From: an uncultured Clostridium sp.
Lineage (GTDB): Bacteria; Bacillota; Clostridia; TANB77; CAG-508
Direction: 5' to 3'
Assembly: GCA_964456505.1 (NCBI GenBank)
Contig: CAYWAH010000002.1
Location: 7-64,006, forward strand
DNA length: 64,000 nt
The position numbers were made by a program, and so were the translations under genes. The notes below the pieces were generated by a model. It searched no databases. It had not been told where the DNA came from and saw nothing but the letters and a program-made list of their open reading frames with translations. Shown in pieces: positions 49,447 to 57,787 of this stretch; positions within the stretch are counted from its first letter, which is position 1, and the number at the start of each line of letters is the position of its first letter.

Positions 49447-50259
49447 ATGAATTCTACAAACGAAAAAAATGATCCAATTGGAATTTTTGATTCAGGTATA
49501 GGCGGAGTAACTGTTCTAACTGAAATACTAAAATTACTTCCAAATGAAAAATATTTGTTTTATTCAGATTCAAAGAATAATCCTTATGGCTCAAAAACAC
49601 AAAAAAAAATAATTGAAATGAGTGATTATATCGTTGATAAATTTGTAAAAAGAAATGCCAAGGCTGTTGTAATTGCTTGCAATACAGCAAGTGCAAATGC
49701 TTCAGGTTTTTTAAGAAGAAAATACAATATACCAATTATTGCCATTGAACCAGCATATAAAATGGTAAATGATTTTGCTAGAGATAATGTTACATTGGTA
49801 ATGGCAACCAAAGGAACTATTGAGAGCGAAAAATTTGAAATGCTTTATAAAAAGTATGACAATAAAAAAACATATCTTTTGGAATGCGAAGGACTTGCAA
49901 ATGCAATCGAAAGAAACAATGATAAAGACATAGAAAAAATACTTGAAAAAGAATTAGCACCTTATGTTGGAAAAGCAAGGAATGTTGTACTTGGTTGTAC
50001 TCATTATCCACTTGCTCAAAAAAAGATTGAAAAGATTTTGTGCAATAATGGAGTTGATCATGTTGAATTTTTCAATGGCGCAGAGGGCGTTGCAAGAAAC
50101 TTGAAAAAAATTCTTGAAGAAAGAGATTTAGTAAGCAATAATACTGATAGAAAAATTGATAATATTGAATTTTATGATTCAAGCAACAGCGAAGAAAAAG
50201 CAAGAAGATTTTATGAAATAATTAGAGCAAGCATCAATAAAAAATTGAGAAAAGAATAA
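49447..50259 (+). CDS. murI: Glutamate racemase
   Basis: IGIFDSGIGGVTVL, IACNTAS and GCTHYPL motifs. Confidence 0.9.
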   Translation: MNSTNEKNDPIGIFDSGIGGVTVLTEILKLLPNEKYLFYSDSKNNPYGSKTQKKIIEMSDYIVDKFVKRNAKAVVIACNTASANASGFLRRKYNIPIIAIEPAYKMVNDFARDNVTLVMATKGTIESEKFEMLYKKYDNKKTYLLECEGLANAIERNNDKDIEKILEKELAPYVGKARNVVLGCTHYPLAQKKIEKILCNNGVDHVEFFNGAEGVARNLKKILEERDLVSNNTDRKIDNIEFYDSSNSEEKARRFYEIIRASINKKLRKE

Positions 50260-50380
50260 AAACTTATACATAATAAATTGAAAATAAACCAAATGATTTT
50301 AACAAAATAAAAATTGATTACAAGAATAAAACATTTAATAATAAATAAAGTATCAATTATTTGGAGCATTAGAAAAAATA

Positions 50381-51019
50381 ATGAATAAAAAAGAAGCGGA
50401 AAACATTACAATTAAATTAATAAAAAATTATCCTGAAGCAAAATGTAGTTTGGACTTTTCCACGCCATTTCAAATGCTGGTAGCAGTTTGCCTTTCAGCA
50501 CAATGCACAGATGAAAGAGTTAATCAAGTTACCAAAACTCTCTTTAAAAGATATTCAACACCAGAAGATTTTGCGAATGCAAATGTTGAAGACATTGAAA
50601 AATTAATTTACTCATGTGGGTTTTACAAAAACAAGGCACGTAATTTAGTAAATGCAGGAAAGAAAGTTTGCGAGGATTATAATGGAATTGTTCCGGACAA
50701 CATGGAAGAATTAATGAAAATACCTGGAGTAGGAAGAAAAAGTGCTAATGTAATTATGCTAGAGGCATTTAACAAACCACAAGGAATTGCAGTTGACACA
50801 CATGTAAAAAGAATTTCAAAAAGAATAGGATTTTCAAATGAAAAAGAACCAGAAAAAATCGAGCAAGACTTATTAAAAGAAATTCCAAAAAAATATTGGA
50901 AAGATGTTAATCATGTATTTATTTATCATGGAAGAAATACATGCAAATCACAAAATCCACAATGCGAGAATTGCGTTATAAAAGATTGCTGTAATTATTA
51001 TACAAATTTAAAAAAATAA
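50381..51019 (+). CDS. nth: Endonuclease III
   Basis: HhH-GPD (LMKIPGVGRKSANVI), DTHV, and the C-terminal 4Fe-4S cysteines C-X6-C-X2-C-X5-C. Confidence 0.9.
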   Translation: MNKKEAENITIKLIKNYPEAKCSLDFSTPFQMLVAVCLSAQCTDERVNQVTKTLFKRYSTPEDFANANVEDIEKLIYSCGFYKNKARNLVNAGKKVCEDYNGIVPDNMEELMKIPGVGRKSANVIMLEAFNKPQGIAVDTHVKRISKRIGFSNEKEPEKIEQDLLKEIPKKYWKDVNHVFIYHGRNTCKSQNPQCENCVIKDCCNYYTNLKK

Positions 51020-51048
51020 TATATTAAACTTGATAAAAGAGAAAAAAA

Positions 51049-51078
51049 CATTGAAGCCAATTGCTTCAATGCTTTTTT
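51049..51078. terminator. Bidirectional terminator
   Basis: cattgaagc-caatt-gcttcaatg stem flanked by an A-run and T6. Confidence 0.75.
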
Positions 51079-51079
51079 A

Positions 51080-51196
51080 CTAGAATATTCCGTTGCCATT
51101 TCCGCAACAGCAGAAAAGCAATAAAAGAATTATTATTAAAGAACAACAGCTATTGTTATTATTGTTGTCTTTATTACAACATTTATCAGGCATCAT
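51080..51196 (-). CDS. Cys/Asn-rich single-TM mini-protein, 38 aa (YjcZ-like tiny sporulation peptide candidate)
   Basis: Hand translation gives MMPDKCCNKDNNNNNSCCSLIIILLLLFCCCGNGNGIF. SD aaggaga lies 7 nt upstream and a terminator follows directly. It is below the 60-aa cutoff of the ORF track. Confidence 0.6.
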   Translation of the reverse strand: MMPDKCCNKDNNNNNSCCSLIIILLLLFCCCGNGNGIF

Positions 51197-51242
51197 AATA
51201 ATATCTCCTTTCAAATATTTAAATATTCAAATTAGTATAGAA

Positions 51243-51377
51243 CTAATTATTGAAGCATGGTGGCTTAGGTCCTGGGTTACAACAACAATCATCATTATTG
51301 TTAGAACCACCACAACAACTGCAAAGAAGCAAAATTATTAAGATGAACCAGATACAGTTACAATTTGAGCCTCTCAT
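51243..51377 (-). CDS. Cys/Asn-rich single-TM mini-protein, 44 aa (YjcZ-like candidate)
   Basis: Hand translation gives MRGSNCNCIWFILIILLLCSCCGGSNNNDDCCCNPGPKPPCFNN. SD aaggagg lies 6 nt upstream. It is below the ORF-track cutoff. Confidence 0.6.
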   Translation of the reverse strand: MRGSNCNCIWFILIILLLCSCCGGSNNNDDCCCNPGPKPPCFNN

Positions 51378-51418
51378 TTGATACCTCCTTATAAAATATT
51401 CATTTCTTTTGTATGCTA

Positions 51419-51445
51419 TATATTATGAAAAATATTTTGATTTGT
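51419..51445 (-). promoter_or_regulatory. sigma-K-like promoter match (AC-16-CATAATATA)
   Basis: The reverse complement of 51419-51427 is CATAATATA, and AC lies at 51445-51444, ~33 nt upstream of the 51377 ATG. Confidence 0.35.
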
Positions 51446-51514
51446 TACTGTTGCCAATTTATTATTGTTGTGGTATTATATTAGGGAATTAACAATATAA
51501 AATGTGAGGATAAA

Positions 51515-52069
51515 ATGAAGGAAGAATTTATAAAATTACTTAAAGAAACAAATAGAGAAGGAATTGATGATTTACTAGAATTTTTGGATCATTCTGATTT
51601 CTATACAGCGCCAGCAAGTACAAGATTTCATGGCTCAAGAGAAAATGGACTTTTAGAACATAGTTTAAAAGTTTATGAAATATTAGATGAAAAAATAAAA
51701 CATGCTCCAATAGAAATAAAAACACCGGAAGAATCAATTAGAATAATTGCTTTACTACATGATATATGTAAAACAAATTATTATTCTGTTGATTATAGAA
51801 ATGCTAAAAATGAACTTGGAGTATGGGAGAAAGTTCCATATTATAAGATAAATGATACCATTCCTTATGGGCATGGAGAAAAATCTGTTATGATGATTAG
51901 TGAATTTATAAAATTGACTAATGAAGAAAAGTATGCAATTCGTTGGCACATGGGTTATACAGAACCAAAAGAATTATATTCAACAATTGGCTTGGCATAT
52001 ATCAAATATCCAATTGCACTTTTGACTCACGAAGCAGATCTCGAAGCAACATACTTTTTCGACACCTAG
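51515..52069 (+). CDS. HD-domain phosphohydrolase
   Basis: RFHGSRENGLLEHSL...ALLHDICK...GHGEKS...RWHMG is a typical HD superfamily pattern. Confidence 0.8.
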   Translation: MKEEFIKLLKETNREGIDDLLEFLDHSDFYTAPASTRFHGSRENGLLEHSLKVYEILDEKIKHAPIEIKTPEESIRIIALLHDICKTNYYSVDYRNAKNELGVWEKVPYYKINDTIPYGHGEKSVMMISEFIKLTNEEKYAIRWHMGYTEPKELYSTIGLAYIKYPIALLTHEADLEATYFFDT

Positions 52070-52108
52070 TAAAATTCAATATAAATAAAAATTACATAAA
52101 TATTATTT

Positions 52109-52258
52109 GAAAAAATTCGTGTTTTTCGAAGCTTGAGGGCTGGTCGGATCTTCCTTAATTACCGATGGCTACGCTAAAAAGTTGTGTCGCCTGGGTTAGG
52201 GTCCCCGACACAACTTTTAGTAGCCAAAGCCCGAAACGAGAAAACCTAAGAATTTTTG
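52109..52258. ncRNA. Unassigned GC-rich structured element (candidate cis-regulatory leader of tyrS, small RNA or MITE-like insertion)
   Basis: 52131-52240 is 57/110 G+C by hand count, in otherwise strongly AT-rich DNA. Nested complementary pairs are 52167-52172/52220-52225, 52175-52189/52206-52219, 52137-52141/52228-52232, 52143-52147/52162-52166, and imperfect outer arms 52109-52128/52237-52258. Confidence 0.55.
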
Positions 52259-52340
52259 AAAAAAATATTTATGTAATTAAATTTAAGAAATAAAAAAATA
52301 GAAAAATAAAAAAATAAAGCAAATAAAAAGGAGAAAAATA

Positions 52341-53549
52341 ATGGCAAATATATTAGACACTTTAAAAGAAAGAGGATACATAGAACAATTAACAGATGAA
52401 GAAGGCTTACGCAAATTACTTGATGACAACAAAATTGCATTCTACATCGGCATAGATCCAACAGCAGATAGTTTGCATGTTGGACACTTTGTTTCACTTA
52501 TGGTAGCATCTTATATGCAAAAAGCAGGACATACTCCAATTATTTTAATGGGTGGTGGTACTGCTAATATTGGTGATCCATCTGGAAAAACCGATATGAG
52601 AAAAATGCTTTCAAGAGAAGAAATTGATCATAATGTTGAATGTATAAAAAAACAAGTAGGTAGATTTTTAAGCTTTGAAGGAGAAAACAAGGCAATTATA
52701 GTTAACAATGCTGATTGGCTTAATGATTTAAACTATATTGATTTTATGAGAAAAATTGGTACACAATTTACAATAAGTAAAATGCTTGCTGCTGATTGTT
52801 ATAAAAATAGATTAGCAAATGGCTTAACATTTTTTGAGATGGGCTATATGCTTATGCAATCTTATGATTTTTGGCACTTATACAACAAATATGGTTGCAA
52901 ACTAGAAATGGGTGGAAATGATCAATGGTCAAATATCATTGGTGGTGTTAACCTTGTTAGAAAGTTTAATAAAAATGATTCTTACGGCTTGACTTTCAAA
53001 CTTTTGACAACAAAAGAAGGAAAGAAAATGGGCAAAACAGAAAAAGGTGCCTTATGGCTTGACCCAGAAAAAACTTCTCCATATGAATTTTACCAATATT
53101 GGAGAAACATAGAAGATGCTTCTGTTAAAAATGTATTAAATATGCTTACATTTTTATCTACAGATGAAATAAATAAATTAACAGATGTTGAAGGTGAAGA
53201 GATAAATAAAGCAAAGAAAGTTGCTGCTTTTGAAATAACAAAAATTGTTCATGGAGAGCAAAATGCAATTGATGCTGAAAAAGCTGCAGATGCTTTGTTT
53301 TCTGGAAAAGGAAATATGGATACAATTCCATCTACAACAATAGAATCAAATTCATCAATACTTGATGCTATTATTAAAACAGGATTTGCTACATCAAAAG
53401 GGCAAGCAAGAACTTTAATTAATCAAGGTGGAATTTCATTAAATGATGAAAAGATATCTGATGTAAATTTAATTATTACAGATGATATGCTAAATAATGA
53501 ATTGATTTTGAAAAAGGGCAAAAAAGGATTTACAAAATTAGTAAAATAA
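52341..53549 (+). CDS. tyrS: Tyrosine--tRNA ligase
   Basis: HIGH (LHVGHF), KMSKS (KKMGKT) and a C-terminal S4 domain. Confidence 0.95.
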   Translation: MANILDTLKERGYIEQLTDEEGLRKLLDDNKIAFYIGIDPTADSLHVGHFVSLMVASYMQKAGHTPIILMGGGTANIGDPSGKTDMRKMLSREEIDHNVECIKKQVGRFLSFEGENKAIIVNNADWLNDLNYIDFMRKIGTQFTISKMLAADCYKNRLANGLTFFEMGYMLMQSYDFWHLYNKYGCKLEMGGNDQWSNIIGGVNLVRKFNKNDSYGLTFKLLTTKEGKKMGKTEKGALWLDPEKTSPYEFYQYWRNIEDASVKNVLNMLTFLSTDEINKLTDVEGEEINKAKKVAAFEITKIVHGEQNAIDAEKAADALFSGKGNMDTIPSTTIESNSSILDAIIKTGFATSKGQARTLINQGGISLNDEKISDVNLIITDDMLNNELILKKGKKGFTKLVK

Positions 53550-53554
53550 TTATA

Positions 53555-53592
53555 AAATCATGTAAAATTTTTAATTAAGTTTTACATGATTT
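53555..53592 (+). terminator. Probable terminator hairpin
   Basis: aaatcatgtaaaa/ttttacatgattt is a 13-bp stem, but the T-tract is weak. Confidence 0.5.
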
Positions 53593-53620
53593 GTGCTATA
53601 AAAATAAAAAGGAGATTCAA

Positions 53621-54853
53621 ATGAAAAAAAGTGAAATTATTTTAATTAGTGTTTTAGCAAGTATTTTAGTGGTCGTTATTATTGCAACACTTGTCATACT
53701 TCCCAAAACAGCTAAGGAAAGTGTAACAAATGAAACTAATGAAGTAGTTGATGTATCAACATTAGATATAAATCAGCCAACTTTGTTTACAGATACTTAT
53801 AAAGAAAATAATTTAAATGTAAGCGTACAAAGAAAAAGCAATGGAAGTGTCACTTCTTGTTCATTTTCAAATGATGACAGACAAAGTGTAAAAAACATAC
53901 AAAATGAAGTATCTAAATTAATAGAAAAATATTCTGATGAAAAGTACTATATTAACTTAAATCTTACAGGAAACTTTTCTAATATATTATCTCTATTAAT
54001 AACAATAAATGATGCACAAGACAATAATAAAAAAGTTGGTTCATATTACTTAAATACTAGACTAGATACAGGAGAGAAATTGAATTTTGGAGATTTATTC
54101 ATTTCAAATGAAGATGCAAAAAAAGTTTTTGAGAATTCTTTGAACAACATTGTTAGTTCGTTAAAAAATAAAAATAAATATTTAAATAGTGAAGAATTAC
54201 AAACTTATGTTAGCCAAAACATAAGTGATTTTGAAAATGGAAAAGAATATCAATTTACAGTTTCACCTAATGATATTACTATATATAATTTAACAGCAGA
54301 TAGAAGCTTGAGTGTTGGAGATGTATTACCAACTTATTTAAAAATAGATTTAACAAATTATGCAGAATATACAAATATATTTAAAAAATTTTCACAAGAT
54401 ATGAAGAGTGATTCAAATGAAATTTTAGCCTTTATGCCATTAGGGAAAAATGGAAATTACAATAAAGTGAATGATCAAACTATTTTGATACAATATTTTC
54501 CTGATGAATTTGACGAGTATTCAAATTTTTGCTCAACTGATATACAAGAATATAATCAAGACTATGAGAAAATGGATAATTCTAATTTGACTCGCGCAAA
54601 AATATTTGCTGCAGATGTTTTAAAAGATGCTCTTAATAATGATTCGTATAAAGTAATTGTACAAAATATTTACATTTCAAAGAGCGATAACAAGATTCAT
54701 ATTTCGCAAGAGGTGTATAAGATGAGTGATGAATTTTTCAATTCTTCTACTTTTACAAAAGAAATTGCTGATGCGAAAAAGGAGTACGGATTTTATGATT
54801 TGAACTTCTCAAATAGCAACGTAGAAACAGAAGCAAAATTCTATGAAAAGTAA
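53621..54853 (+). CDS. Hypothetical membrane-anchored protein (possibly DUF4163/DUF3298-like)
   Basis: ATG 53621 follows aaaaggag. There is one TM. YYLNTRLDTGEKLNFGDLF resembles the DUF3298 hallmark, but this is a low-certainty recollection. Confidence 0.45.
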   Translation: MKKSEIILISVLASILVVVIIATLVILPKTAKESVTNETNEVVDVSTLDINQPTLFTDTYKENNLNVSVQRKSNGSVTSCSFSNDDRQSVKNIQNEVSKLIEKYSDEKYYINLNLTGNFSNILSLLITINDAQDNNKKVGSYYLNTRLDTGEKLNFGDLFISNEDAKKVFENSLNNIVSSLKNKNKYLNSEELQTYVSQNISDFENGKEYQFTVSPNDITIYNLTADRSLSVGDVLPTYLKIDLTNYAEYTNIFKKFSQDMKSDSNEILAFMPLGKNGNYNKVNDQTILIQYFPDEFDEYSNFCSTDIQEYNQDYEKMDNSNLTRAKIFAADVLKDALNNDSYKVIVQNIYISKSDNKIHISQEVYKMSDEFFNSSTFTKEIADAKKEYGFYDLNFSNSNVETEAKFYEK

Positions 54854-54954
54854 TATATTATATAATTTACATAATTAAATATTACAAAAATGTAATATAA
54901 AGCAAAAAATATCCTTTTTTCGACATTTCTAGACATCAGTTTCCATAATTCTCT

Positions 54955-54983
54955 TTGACTTTTTGACCATACCATGTTAAAGT
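54955..54983 (+). promoter_or_regulatory. sigma-A type promoter of veg (TTGACT-17-TGtTAAAGT)
   Basis: TTGACT at 54955-54960, TGT at 54975-54977 and TAAAGT at 54978-54983. Confidence 0.5.
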
Positions 54984-55013
54984 CTAGTCATGTTAAGAAA
55001 AGTAGGTGATTAA

Positions 55014-55355
55014 ATGATTTACCAAAACGATATTGCAAAACTAAAAAGTGATATTAGTAACAAATTAGGACAAAAGATAATTGTAAAAGGTTCACTTGGC
55101 AGAAGTAGATTATTTGAAAAGGAAGCTACAATTGAGAAGACTTATCCTAACATATTTGTAGTTAAGTATGAAGAGAATTCAAGAAATGTTTCTTATCAGT
55201 ACAAGGATGTTCTTACAAGAACAGTTGAGGTTGATGTATTTGATGGACAAGGCTATAGCCCTATTGTGCCACCTTTGGAAAAAAGACACAAAAGAGTAAG
55301 ATTAGCAAACGATGATGAAAATAGTGATGCTAATCAATTTACTCAAGAATTATAA
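55014..55355 (+). CDS. veg: Veg protein
   Basis: IKSDISNKLGQKIIVKGSLGRSRLFEKEATIEKTYPNIFVVKY...VSYQYKDVLTRTVEV parallels B. subtilis Veg, with ~25 extra C-terminal residues. Confidence 0.85.
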   Translation: MIYQNDIAKLKSDISNKLGQKIIVKGSLGRSRLFEKEATIEKTYPNIFVVKYEENSRNVSYQYKDVLTRTVEVDVFDGQGYSPIVPPLEKRHKRVRLANDDENSDANQFTQEL

Positions 55356-55457
55356 ACTGTACAAATGATGAAGTGTGCATTTAGTTATGCATGCTAATGT
55401 ACTTTAGTAAAAGTATGCAAATGCATACAACTGAATACAAATGATAAAATGTACGCT

Positions 55458-55491
55458 AGAACTAGAGAATTTTATTCTCTAGTTCTTTTTT
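55458..55491 (+). terminator. Rho-independent terminator
   Basis: agaactagagaat-ttt-attctctagttct stem followed by T5. Confidence 0.85.
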
Positions 55492-55551
55492 GCTTTTAAC
55501 TGGAATATAATTTTAAAAATTTAATATAAAAGATTAGGAGGATTTTGAACT

Positions 55552-57081
55552 ATGCAGTTGGAAGTAGAAAAAAACAATTTGAGTATTAATCAATTAGTAA
55601 TACATAAAATTGAAAATGTTACAATAAGTGGAGATGCTATTGTGCCTGATAGCAAACCTGATGTGATGAATATTGTGATTTCGAATGGTTCTTCATGTAA
55701 TATTTATAAGAAAGAACTTAATGATGGAAAGATTAGAGTAGATGGTTCTATTCCTGTTTATATCATTTATAATTCGAGCGTTGATAATAATAAAGTTACT
55801 GATGGACTTTTTCACTCACTTGATTTTTCGCAGGTTATTTCTTTGGAAAATGTTACGAGTGAAATGATTGAAAATAGTTCGATTAAATTGAATAATGTTA
55901 ATTGTAAAATTATAAATGAAAGAAAAGTAAACATTGAGGCTGAAATTTCTTTTGATATTTATATTTATAATAATTCGAGTGAAGAGCATGTAAATAATAT
56001 TAAGAATTGCAATCTTCAAAAGAGAGAAAGTAATATCACTTTGTGTTCTTTGTTTAATAAAGGAGAAACCAATGTTAGTGTTAATGATAAAATAGAAATT
56101 AATAGTCAAGATGATATTTCACAAATTTTAAATGTGTATAGTGAAATTTCAAAAGTGGAGACTAAAATTAGTTATAATAAGGTGTTAACAAATTCAAATT
56201 TGAATTTGAAAATTGCATATATTACAAAGGATGATAGAATTTGCTTTGCAAAGAAAAGTTTTCCTATTATGGGATTTGTTGATATGAAAGATGTGTCTGA
56301 TAAAATTTTTTTAGATTCAAAGGTTGAAATGAAAAATATGACTGTTACACAAGACATTAATCAAACTCATATTATTAATGTTAGTGCCGAAATGAGAATT
56401 TGTATAATGGCATATGAAGAAAAGAGCGTTAGCATAATACAAGATTTGTATAGTACTAATAAGAATTTGGAGTGCACAACGAAAAGTGTAAATATTATAA
56501 ATAGCAAATCGTGCTTTACTAAAATGTACAGCATTGATCAGAATGAAAATTTAAATATTGGTAATGAAAAAATTTATGATATGAATGCTAAATTTGTGCT
56601 TGATAAAGTTTCAAGAAGTGAAGGCACTGCTGAAATAAGTGGAAATGCTTGTTTTATATTTTTACATTCAACAAATGAAATGAAAGATATTGCTACAAAA
56701 AGAATTGATGTTCCTGTGAAGTGCAATGTTGATACAAAAAATGTAATTGAAAGTAGTTTGATTAATTTTGAATATAATATTTCAAATAATAATATGGAAG
56801 TTTTGAGTGATGGCAGTGTCCATATAAAAGTTGATTTTCAATTTGTTTTAAATTGCACAAATTTTACTAGTACGATGTTAATTAATAATGCAAAAGAAAG
56901 CGAAATTCCTATGAGTAATAAATATAATATGAGTATTTATTTTACAAGAAGTAACGATAATATGTGGGACATTGCTAAAAAGTACAATAGCACTTGCGAA
57001 AGTATAATGAAAATAAATGAGCTAAAAAGTGAAACTTTACAACCAGGAATGCAATTATTTATTCCTAGAGTTGTGAGCTAG
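55552..57081 (+). CDS. SPOCS/DUF3794-repeat protein with a C-terminal LysM domain (SipL/SpoVID-like spore coat morphogenetic protein candidate)
   Basis: 509 aa with a C-terminal LysM (YNMSIYFTRSNDNMWDIAKKYNSTCESIMKINELKSETLQPGMQLFIP). The size and LysM position match clostridial SipL. Confidence 0.55.
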   Translation: MQLEVEKNNLSINQLVIHKIENVTISGDAIVPDSKPDVMNIVISNGSSCNIYKKELNDGKIRVDGSIPVYIIYNSSVDNNKVTDGLFHSLDFSQVISLENVTSEMIENSSIKLNNVNCKIINERKVNIEAEISFDIYIYNNSSEEHVNNIKNCNLQKRESNITLCSLFNKGETNVSVNDKIEINSQDDISQILNVYSEISKVETKISYNKVLTNSNLNLKIAYITKDDRICFAKKSFPIMGFVDMKDVSDKIFLDSKVEMKNMTVTQDINQTHIINVSAEMRICIMAYEEKSVSIIQDLYSTNKNLECTTKSVNIINSKSCFTKMYSIDQNENLNIGNEKIYDMNAKFVLDKVSRSEGTAEISGNACFIFLHSTNEMKDIATKRIDVPVKCNVDTKNVIESSLINFEYNISNNNMEVLSDGSVHIKVDFQFVLNCTNFTSTMLINNAKESEIPMSNKYNMSIYFTRSNDNMWDIAKKYNSTCESIMKINELKSETLQPGMQLFIPRVVS

Positions 57082-57239
57082 AAACAAATATTAGAAAATA
57101 AGTGTGATTTCTAGAGAAAAATTAATTACAAAGCAAAAATAATAACTGCTAAAAAATTAAATTATACAAAATAAATAATGTTAGCAGATTATAAAATATA
57201 TTATTTGAAAAATAAAATTAAAAAATTCCTTGAAAATGC

Positions 57240-57268
57240 TTGACTTTTTGAAGAAAATGGTGTAAAGT
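57240..57268 (+). promoter_or_regulatory. sigma-A type promoter of ylxM-ffh (TTGACT-17-TAAAGT)
   Basis: TTGACT at 57240-57245 and TAAAGT at 57263-57268. It overlaps the 9-bp inverted repeat ggtgtaaag (57259-57267) / ctttacacc (57276-57284). Confidence 0.45.
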
Positions 57269-57419
57269 ATAAATGCTTTACACCATTATTCGTTATGAAT
57301 GAATTACATTATTATAAAAATATTTATTATAAATTGATTATGAAGTAATATGAAATTTATAATTATGAAACATAAAGAAGCGAATTCAATAAGCAAGAAA
57401 TTTGCAAAGGAGTTCAATT

Positions 57420-57767
57420 ATGGAAAAACATGTTGAAGTAAGTTTGCTGTTACAGATATATGGAAAACTGCTAACAGATAAACAATATAAAGTTTTAAAA
57501 TATTATTATAATGATGATCTTTCATTATCAGAAATTGGTGAAAACTTAAACATCTCAAGACAAGCAGTTAGAGATTTAATTAAGAAAGGAGAAACCAAAC
57601 TTTTCGATTTTGAAAAGGCACTTAAAATAATGAAAAAGACACAAAAAAATGAAGAAACACTACAATTAGTATTTGCTCAAATTAGTCAAATAAAAAAAGA
57701 ATCATCAGATAAAAAAGTAGAAAAAATACTTAATGAAGTACAAAAAGAATTAAGTTTGATAGCTTAA
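57420..57767 (+). CDS. ylxM: YlxM/UPF0122 HTH protein
   Basis: YGKLLTDKQYKVLKYYYNDDLSLSEIGENLNISRQAVRDLIKKG, lying upstream of ffh as usual. Confidence 0.8.
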   Translation: MEKHVEVSLLLQIYGKLLTDKQYKVLKYYYNDDLSLSEIGENLNISRQAVRDLIKKGETKLFDFEKALKIMKKTQKNEETLQLVFAQISQIKKESSDKKVEKILNEVQKELSLIA

Positions 57768-57787
57768 TATAAAAGGAGGAAATGCAG

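Noticed and set aside
51093-51341. Tracked + strand 82-aa ORF
   Set aside because: It is the antisense image of the two minus-strand mini-protein genes, has no SD, and runs straight across their SDs and the spacer between them.
52109-52258. Calling the tyrS-upstream element a T-box, SRP RNA, 6S RNA, twister/pistol/hammerhead ribozyme or ykkC-type riboswitch
   Set aside because: Partial resemblances (AGGGCTGGTC, TTAGGGT, AAAGCCCGAAAC) occur in the wrong order or context for each family, and the diagnostic cores are missing. I therefore left it unassigned.
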